Shown here: positions 57,570 to 64,000 of the stretch, in pieces
How positions within the stretch are numbered: position 1 is the stretch's first letter
Layout of the letters: every line of letters begins with the position of its first letter
Source of the DNA: a virus
Reading direction: 5' to 3' (one strand)
IMG/VR virus record: IMGVR_UViG_3300035670_000026
Location: 1-64,000 of that record
Length of the DNA: 64,000 nt
Position numbers and translations under genes: made by a program
Notes under the pieces: generated by a model
The model's input: only the letters and a program-made list of their open reading frames with translations
The model's database searches: none
What the model was told of the DNA's origin: nothing

Positions 57570-59330
57570 ATGTCACAAGTACAACAATTACTCGAAAGCG
57601 CAGCTGGCTCATGGAAGTCACTTCAGAGCGACGCTGCAAGATTATCTGGAAAGTGGACCAAAACAGGTCTTCTTGAAGGTCTTGGCGAGGTTGAAAAAAA
57701 TAACATGTCTATCTTGTTAGAAAACCAAGCTAAACAATTAGTAACTGAAAATAATACTATCTCTTCTAACTCATCATTCGTTTCTAACGGACAAGGTGAG
57801 AACTGGGCTGGTATTGCTCTTCCTTTGGTACGTAAAGTATTCGGTACTATCGTAGCAAAAGAATTCGTTTCAGTTCAACCAATGAACATGCCATCAGGTC
57901 TTGTGTTCTTCTTAGATTTCCAATACGGAAACAATAAGACACCATTTACTGCTGGTTCTTCTTTGTATGGTAACAGAAACACTGCTTCTCAATTCCCATT
58001 CTCTACTCCAGCTGCTGAAGGTGGTTTATATGGTGGTCCAGAAGGTCGTTTCACTTACGCTACTAACCAATTCTCAGGTTCAACTACATTAACCGGTTCA
58101 ATCGGTGGTGGTGCTGCTCCAACAGCTGCTGCTGGTGTTGCTGTAGTTACTTCAGCTTCATGGGCTGACTTAAACTTTGATTCTGCTTACTCAGCTTCTG
58201 TTGTTGCTGGTGAAATTTACGAAATCTTAGTTCCTACAGCTTCTACTTTATTACCATCATTTGACCAAGATGCAGTTCGTGGTTTCGTTGGTTCAGGTTC
58301 ACTTGCTAGTGGTATCTTTGCTCCAGCAGGTTTGTTACCAGCATTTACAAACTACAACTACACTAACAACACAATTGCTTTCTATTACACTGCTTCTGCA
58401 GCTGCAACTGCCGCTCAATTGTCAGGTTCAATAACGTTCTTCTACGAAAAAGCTGGTTCACAAGATGGTATTCCTTCCTTCTCAGGTGGTAATAACTTCA
58501 GCGGATCTGGTCGTGGTGATTTCGAAGCTTCAGGTTCTTTCTCAGTACCTAACGCTGCGTCTGCTACTCAAATCGTTATCCCAGAGATCAACGTTAGAAT
58601 GCAATCTCAAGCCATCACTGCTAAAACCAAGAAATTGAAGGCAGTATGGACTCCTGAATTTGCTCAAGACTTGGCTGCTTACCAGAACATCGACGCTGAA
58701 GCTGAATTGACTAACATTATGAGTGAGTACATTTCAATGGAAATTGATTTGGAAATCTTAGACATGTTGATCGAAGATGCTGCTGCTGCTACTGAGTACT
58801 GGTCAGCTATTAACAACCAAGTTTATAGCAACGGTGCTTTTGCTGCTAACTCTTCAGCTTTCTTTAACACTCAAGGTCAGTGGTTCCAAACTTTAGGTAC
58901 TAAAATCCAAAAAGTATCTAACAAGATCCACCAGTTAACTTTGAGAGGTGGTGCTAACTTCTTAGTAACTTCTCCTACAATCGCTACTATCCTTGAGTCA
59001 ATCCCAGGATTTGCTTCTACTAACAACGGTGAAGCTGATCAAATGGAATACGCTTTCGGTGTACAGAAAGTTGGTTCAGTAAATGGTCGTTACAAAGTTT
59101 ACAAAAACCCTTACATGACTGAAAACTTGATCCTTATGGGTTACAGAGGTTCTCAGTTCTTGGAAACTGGTGCTGTATTCGCTCCTTACATTCCGTTGAT
59201 CATGACTCCTCTAGTGTACGATCCTGATACCTTCACTCCACGTAAAGGTTTATTGACTCGTTACGCTAAGAAGATGTTACGTCCTGAATTCTATGGTAAG
59301 ATTTACATCAATGGTTTAAATACCATTTAA
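57570..59330 (+). CDS. Major capsid protein (gp23-like)
   Basis: LENQ, VQPMNMPSGLVF, KKLKAVWTPEFAQDL, FAPYIPL, TRY; strong codon bias. Confidence 0.95.
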   Translation: MSQVQQLLESAAGSWKSLQSDAARLSGKWTKTGLLEGLGEVEKNNMSILLENQAKQLVTENNTISSNSSFVSNGQGENWAGIALPLVRKVFGTIVAKEFVSVQPMNMPSGLVFFLDFQYGNNKTPFTAGSSLYGNRNTASQFPFSTPAAEGGLYGGPEGRFTYATNQFSGSTTLTGSIGGGAAPTAAAGVAVVTSASWADLNFDSAYSASVVAGEIYEILVPTASTLLPSFDQDAVRGFVGSGSLASGIFAPAGLLPAFTNYNYTNNTIAFYYTASAAATAAQLSGSITFFYEKAGSQDGIPSFSGGNNFSGSGRGDFEASGSFSVPNAASATQIVIPEINVRMQSQAITAKTKKLKAVWTPEFAQDLAAYQNIDAEAELTNIMSEYISMEIDLEILDMLIEDAAAATEYWSAINNQVYSNGAFAANSSAFFNTQGQWFQTLGTKIQKVSNKIHQLTLRGGANFLVTSPTIATILESIPGFASTNNGEADQMEYAFGVQKVGSVNGRYKVYKNPYMTENLILMGYRGSQFLETGAVFAPYIPLIMTPLVYDPDTFTPRKGLLTRYAKKMLRPEFYGKIYINGLNTI

Positions 59331-59362
59331 TCTAAAGTAGACTAGGATAACTTTTCGAAATG

Positions 59363-59391
59363 AGAACCCCGCGCAAGCGGGGTTCTTTTTT
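59363..59391 (+). terminator. Intrinsic terminator after the capsid gene
   Basis: AGAACCCCGC-GCAA-GCGGGGTTCT plus T-tract. Confidence 0.9.
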
Positions 59392-59405
59392 CATATTTAT
59401 AACAA

Positions 59406-59858
59406 ATGAATAATTTAACAGCATTTAATTATAATCTAAACACTTCAACTTCTGGAGCTGTAGAAGATGGTAACGTATCATATGCTACTGCGTCGTATAT
59501 TGAATCTGGCTCATTTGGATTAACATGGGGATATGAAGTTTGTGCTATTAGTGGTTATACGTTTATAAGCGATTCATATACACAAAATTATTCACCTACA
59601 TCATCTGCTACCCCTATATTTTATGTCACGGCTACTACAAAATCGGTTGATGTTTTAGATACTATAAATAGATTACACGATAGAATCACTCAAACTCCAT
59701 TTACATATATTAATACCGCTTTAAATTGGATTAGTGGTAGCGACAAATATATTACTTTATATACTTGTAGTATTTACGATTACCCAGCAGATTTATTACA
59801 AGAAGACGGAAACTATTTATTACAAGAAGATACATCAAATATTAAGTTAGAATTTTAA
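59406..59858 (+). CDS. Putative virion decoration protein
   Basis: C-terminal LLQEDG/LLQED repeat. Confidence 0.5.
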   Translation: MNNLTAFNYNLNTSTSGAVEDGNVSYATASYIESGSFGLTWGYEVCAISGYTFISDSYTQNYSPTSSATPIFYVTATTKSVDVLDTINRLHDRITQTPFTYINTALNWISGSDKYITLYTCSIYDYPADLLQEDGNYLLQEDTSNIKLEF

Positions 59859-59860
59859 TC

Positions 59861-60505
59861 ATGCCAAATTTACCTATATCCCAATTACCCTCAGCATCCG
59901 CACTATCACCAGATAATGTATTTGCTGTTGTTCAAAATGGTACAACAAAACAATCTCCTTATAGTTTTATTTTGTATGCTCCTACAAATAACTACGGACT
60001 ATTTAATCAAACAAGCTCAAGCCCACCAGTAACAGGAGTTGCTCCTTTCTCAGGTAGTTTAATTGATGGGGGTATTGGAACATTATCTATCCCAGCTAAT
60101 GGATTTATTAAAGGAGATGCTTTTCAAGCTACTTTATCTGGAATAATAAGTGCTGAAAATAATAAAACTCTTGAAATTACTATTAAAGCAGGTAGTGCAA
60201 TTTTAACAGACACTGGAATTATTTCTATGCCTGGAATTAGTACTAAAAATTGGAGAATGGATATAGATTTTTCTATTAATGAAATAGGAGGAGCCGGAAC
60301 AGCAGAAGTATCTACAGCAGGAACTATTACTTTTAGAAAAGATGCATCTGGAGAAGTATTAACTGAAATTTTTAGTACAATTAATAATACAACTTTTGAT
60401 ACTACAACAACAAATACATTAGAAATTATTGCTGAATGGGGTAATTCTCCATCAGCTGCTAGTTCTATTTATACTCAAAACTTTACTTTATTAAAAGTTT
60501 ACTAA
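59861..60505 (+). CDS. Putative fiber/decoration protein
   Basis: N-terminal ISQLPSA..VVQNGTTK motif. Confidence 0.55.
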   Translation: MPNLPISQLPSASALSPDNVFAVVQNGTTKQSPYSFILYAPTNNYGLFNQTSSSPPVTGVAPFSGSLIDGGIGTLSIPANGFIKGDAFQATLSGIISAENNKTLEITIKAGSAILTDTGIISMPGISTKNWRMDIDFSINEIGGAGTAEVSTAGTITFRKDASGEVLTEIFSTINNTTFDTTTTNTLEIIAEWGNSPSAASSIYTQNFTLLKVY

Positions 60506-60584
60506 TTTTTTAGTAGTTTTTTTACTTATAGGTATTTCTACTATATGTATAGTAGAATATAAAGTTTAACTAACGTTTTAAAAA

Positions 60585-61499
60585 ATGAAAGAGACCCCAA
60601 GTCAGTTACATCTACAAAGTTATGTGATGAATTTTCCCTTTACCTTATCAACCTCAGATCCAAATAATATTTGGATGCAGGAATTATCAGATGAGGAACT
60701 AGCTGTTAATAAACCTAAAGCATATAAACAATTTATGGATCTTTATAGCTTTATGGCCAGTAATTCTCTAACGTATTTGCTTCCATCAGAAGGAAACTAT
60801 CAGGATCAGGTGTATGTTGCTAATTTAGGTATTTATTTACCACATATAACCGATGAAAATCACATTATTTTATCTAACTTCACATCAGATCCTCGTAAAG
60901 GAGAAGAACTAGTAGGCGAAAAGTTTTTCACCCAAATGGGTTATAAAACGGCTATTTCTCCTTATAAATGGGAAGGTGAAGCTGACTTGAAATATCTTTA
61001 TGATAATGTTTACATTGGAGGTTATGGTATTCGTTCAAATATTAAAACATATGAGTGGATGGAAAAAAATTATGATATGAATATTATTAAGGTTGCTATG
61101 ACCGATGAATATTTGTATCATTTGGATTGTTCTATTTTTGCACTAAACCCAGAACAAACTTTAATATGTACTGAATTATTTGATCCTGAAGAAATAGCTG
61201 AAATTGAAAAACACACTGAAATTATTGATGTAGATATTGAAGATGCTTTAGGTGGAATGACAAATTCAGTTCGTATGGGTAATATGGTTTTATGTGCTTC
61301 TAATATTTCTGAGATGAAAAAAACTCACGAGTATTATGAAGGTGAAAAACATAAAATAGCTTCATTAGAAAAAATTTGTTCAGACGCTGGTATGGAACCT
61401 GTAATATTTAATCTTTCAGAATTTATGAAATCAGGTGCTATGTTAAGCTGTATGGTAATGCATTTAAACAGAATCGATCACAATAGAACCTTACTGTAA
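60585..61499 (+). CDS. Amidinotransferase/arginine deiminase (pentein) family protein
   Basis: DQVYVAN, WEGEAD, YHLD, SEFMKSGAMLSCM. Confidence 0.85.
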   Translation: MKETPSQLHLQSYVMNFPFTLSTSDPNNIWMQELSDEELAVNKPKAYKQFMDLYSFMASNSLTYLLPSEGNYQDQVYVANLGIYLPHITDENHIILSNFTSDPRKGEELVGEKFFTQMGYKTAISPYKWEGEADLKYLYDNVYIGGYGIRSNIKTYEWMEKNYDMNIIKVAMTDEYLYHLDCSIFALNPEQTLICTELFDPEEIAEIEKHTEIIDVDIEDALGGMTNSVRMGNMVLCASNISEMKKTHEYYEGEKHKIASLEKICSDAGMEPVIFNLSEFMKSGAMLSCMVMHLNRIDHNRTLL

Positions 61500-62245
61500 T
61501 GGCACAAACACTTCAAGATTGGCTAAACGGTGAGGTAAAACAATTACAAAAACTTCCCGTAGGCGAGTTATCTAATACATTTTTCTTTAGAGACCCAATT
61601 CGCCCAATGTATATTGACCATGAGCATTTTTATTCACCCGCTGATGGTACAATTTTGTATCAAAAATACGTTCAAGATCCTACTTCACCTATAATTGAAA
61701 TTAAAGGTATAGATTATACATTACAAGATGTATTAGGTGATGATGAATACAATAAACCATCGTTAGTTATCGGTATATTTATGTCATTTTACGACGTTCA
61801 CATCAACCGCATACCCTATGGTGGAATATTAAAATACAAACCACTAGACGTTATAGAATCAACCAACAAACCAATGTTAGCGGTTGAAAAAGATATTCTA
61901 AATAAAATTGTTAATCCTAACAATATGGAATATCTTAAACATAACGAGAGAATGTGGAATCAAATTTACTCACCCTCTTTAGATTACACTTATTACCTTG
62001 TTCAAATTGCAGATGAGGATGTAAATGTAATTGCTCACTTCACAAATTCACAAAACGATACATTTGCTCAAAATGAAAGATTTTCTTTAATAAGATGGGG
62101 GTCGCAAGTCGATCTAGTACTCCCGTTAGATGAACGATTCGATTTTGACCTTGTTTTAGATAACCACATGCATGTAAATGCTGGATTAGACAAACTAGTT
62201 AAAATTAATTTTAAAGACCATGAACCAACAAAATCACGAAGATGA
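61499..62245 (+). CDS. Phosphatidylserine decarboxylase-like pyruvoyl enzyme
   Basis: FFFR, SPADG, DVHINR.P, autocleavage WGSQV. Confidence 0.8.
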   Translation: MAQTLQDWLNGEVKQLQKLPVGELSNTFFFRDPIRPMYIDHEHFYSPADGTILYQKYVQDPTSPIIEIKGIDYTLQDVLGDDEYNKPSLVIGIFMSFYDVHINRIPYGGILKYKPLDVIESTNKPMLAVEKDILNKIVNPNNMEYLKHNERMWNQIYSPSLDYTYYLVQIADEDVNVIAHFTNSQNDTFAQNERFSLIRWGSQVDLVLPLDERFDFDLVLDNHMHVNAGLDKLVKINFKDHEPTKSRR

Positions 62246-62954
62246 GATCTTCAAAGAAAAAAGAAAACCAAAAAATCCAATTAGATTTAAAATACAACTA
62301 AACGAAGAGCAAAAAGAAGCAAAAGCAAAAATTTTAGATAATACAGTTACATTGTTAGCTGGAGCAGCGGGTTCTGGTAAAACATTGTTAGCATGTCAAA
62401 TAGGTCTTGAAAGATTATTTATGAGAGAAGTTGACAAAGTAATTATTACTCGCCCAACTGTTTCAAAAGAAGAAATTGGATTTCTACCAGGTGATTTAAG
62501 AGAAAAAATGGATCCTTGGGTACAACCAATTTATCAAAACATGTATCTTCTTTATGATAAAGATAAAATAGAAAAACATATTCAAGCTGGTGATATAGAA
62601 ATTGTACCTGTATCATTTATGCGAGGAAGAACATTTGTAAATTCTATTGTAATTGTTGACGAGGCACAAAACGTTACACACGAACAAATGGAAATGATTG
62701 TAACTCGTATTGGTAAAGGATCTAAAATGATTATTTGTGGTGATGACCATCAAGTAGATTTAAAACAAAAACGTGATTCTGGATTTAAATTCTTATATAC
62801 GGCAGCTAAAAAAATTAAAGGATTAGCAGGTATTACTTTAAAACAAAATCACAGAGACGATATTGTAGAATCCTTAATTGATCTTTATAACGAAGAATAC
62901 GAATACAGACAAAACATAGGAACATCAGGTAGCTCAGGAAATTCTCGTAAATAG
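62220..62954 (+). CDS. phoH: PhoH-like ATPase
   Basis: GAAGSGKT, IGFLPG, FMRGRTF, DEAQN, TRIG, GD..QVD. Confidence 0.92.
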   Translation: MNQQNHEDEIFKEKRKPKNPIRFKIQLNEEQKEAKAKILDNTVTLLAGAAGSGKTLLACQIGLERLFMREVDKVIITRPTVSKEEIGFLPGDLREKMDPWVQPIYQNMYLLYDKDKIEKHIQAGDIEIVPVSFMRGRTFVNSIVIVDEAQNVTHEQMEMIVTRIGKGSKMIICGDDHQVDLKQKRDSGFKFLYTAAKKIKGLAGITLKQNHRDDIVESLIDLYNEEYEYRQNIGTSGSSGNSRK

Positions 62955-62995
62955 TAAGGAACCCTAGCTTTTTAATATTTATATCCAAAAAGCGA

Positions 62996-63421
62996 ATGGC
63001 AACTCTTACTACACAAATTTACGAAATTTTAACGCTTGATGGAAACGATGTTGGATCATCCCAAATCCAAACTATTAACGGCATAAACTATGTAGATAAT
63101 AGAGTTTTAAGCGTACCTACAGGGTCGGTAACTACTATATTTTCAATGGATGCTACTCCAGGTGCTGGTACTTTTGTAACCAGCAGTATTAAATACATTA
63201 GAGTATCTAATATTAGTACAGTTAATGCCCCAATTCAACTTGTTGTATCCTCTTCAACTGAAGCAATGAGCTATTTTGTAACAACAGGTAGTTCATATAT
63301 GTTATCAACAAGTAAAATGACAGGTAGTGTAGGAGGATTATTATTTGACGATATTAAATCAGTTAAAGTTGAACCTTCTGGTAGTGCAGCAACTTTAGAA
63401 TATTATATAGCAACAACTTAA
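62996..63421 (+). CDS. Putative virion protein
   Basis: S/T-rich beta protein after ATATTTATA at 62975. Confidence 0.5.
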   Translation: MATLTTQIYEILTLDGNDVGSSQIQTINGINYVDNRVLSVPTGSVTTIFSMDATPGAGTFVTSSIKYIRVSNISTVNAPIQLVVSSSTEAMSYFVTTGSSYMLSTSKMTGSVGGLLFDDIKSVKVEPSGSAATLEYYIATT

Positions 63422-63427
63422 TAAATT

Positions 63428-64000
63428 ATGGCATCTACAGTAATTCCAATTTGGCCCGGTTCAGCATCTTTTGCTCAAGTATCTGCTTCTTATTATGGAA
63501 CAGGTACGTGGCCACCTCCTACTCCATTTGGGTTTTATGATAGCGATCCTGAATTTAAAACCGATGCCAATAAAGTATCTAATTTTTGTGCTTTACACTT
63601 AGGTTATCCTATTGAAAATGTAGAATTACAAGAAATTAACTTCTTTGCTGCTTTTGAAGAAGCAGTAACTGTATATGGAAACGAATTATATGCTTTTCAA
63701 TTAAGAGATAACTACTTATCTTTAGAAGGAGCTTCTGATAGAATTGATGTTAATAATTCAATTTTCACTCCTTCAATGGATACTATTGTTAGATTGTCTC
63801 AACAGTATGGTGAAGAAGCAGGAGTTGGTGGTAATGTAACTTGGTATAAAGGCCAATTAACTTTAGTCCCCGGTCAACAAAGATACGATTTAACTAAATG
63901 GGCTGAAGATTTAGGAATTACAGGTGGTATTGAAATTAAAAACGTTTGGTATCAACCACCCCCTGCTGTTTCTCAAATGTATTCTTCTTATTTAATAGGA
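63428..64000 (+). CDS. Probable neck/head-completion protein (gp13-like), truncated by the window edge
   Basis: Open frame from ATG 63428: MASTVIPIWPGS..LGYPIENVELQEINFFAAFEEAV. Confidence 0.55.
   Translation, partial: MASTVIPIWPGSASFAQVSASYYGTGTWPPPTPFGFYDSDPEFKTDANKVSNFCALHLGYPIENVELQEINFFAAFEEAVTVYGNELYAFQLRDNYLSLEGASDRIDVNNSIFTPSMDTIVRLSQQYGEEAGVGGNVTWYKGQLTLVPGQQRYDLTKWAEDLGITGGIEIKNVWYQPPPAVSQMYSSYLIG

Noticed and set aside
1-64000. Stop-codon reassignment
   Set aside because: Long genes are intact in code 11, TAG and TGA both serve as stops, and no suppressor tRNA was seen (Leu-TAA, Leu-TAG and Ser-TGA are anticodons, not suppressors)
1-64000. CRISPR array, integrase, IS element, or intron/intein in terminase, portal or capsid
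   Set aside because: No regularly spaced repeats or recombinase motifs; core genes are uninterrupted and of normal length

Overview
AT-rich, almost entirely plus-strand segment of a large T4-like myovirus (jumbo-phage type). The host is most likely a Bacteroidota bacterium: there are no Shine-Dalgarno sites, promoters are of the TTGG-N19-TAYATT type, and the window carries an Hc1-like gene and an LASC lipoprotein. Layout: early genes (RadA-like ATPase, DUF932, esterase; 1-3.9 kb); a 5.5 kb RNA island (3.9-9.4 kb) with 27 tRNA or tRNA-like genes covering all 20 amino acids, a GOLLD-like giant ncRNA, several unassigned structured RNAs and a YkuK-like nuclease gene; lysis genes; a gp55-like sigma factor; a baseplate/tail module; primase and exonuclease; a long block of probable capsid-cargo proteins; terminase, portal, protease, scaffold and major capsid; then amidinotransferase, PS-decarboxylase-like and PhoH genes. 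Top finding: an unannotated 28-codon leader ORF (6534-6620) that uses 19 of the 20 amino acids and is coupled to a mutually exclusive antiterminator/terminator directly upstream of the main tRNA array. This looks like a pan-amino-acid translation-sensing attenuator that would switch on phage tRNAs when host tRNAs are depleted. All calls were made by eye; no database searches were run.
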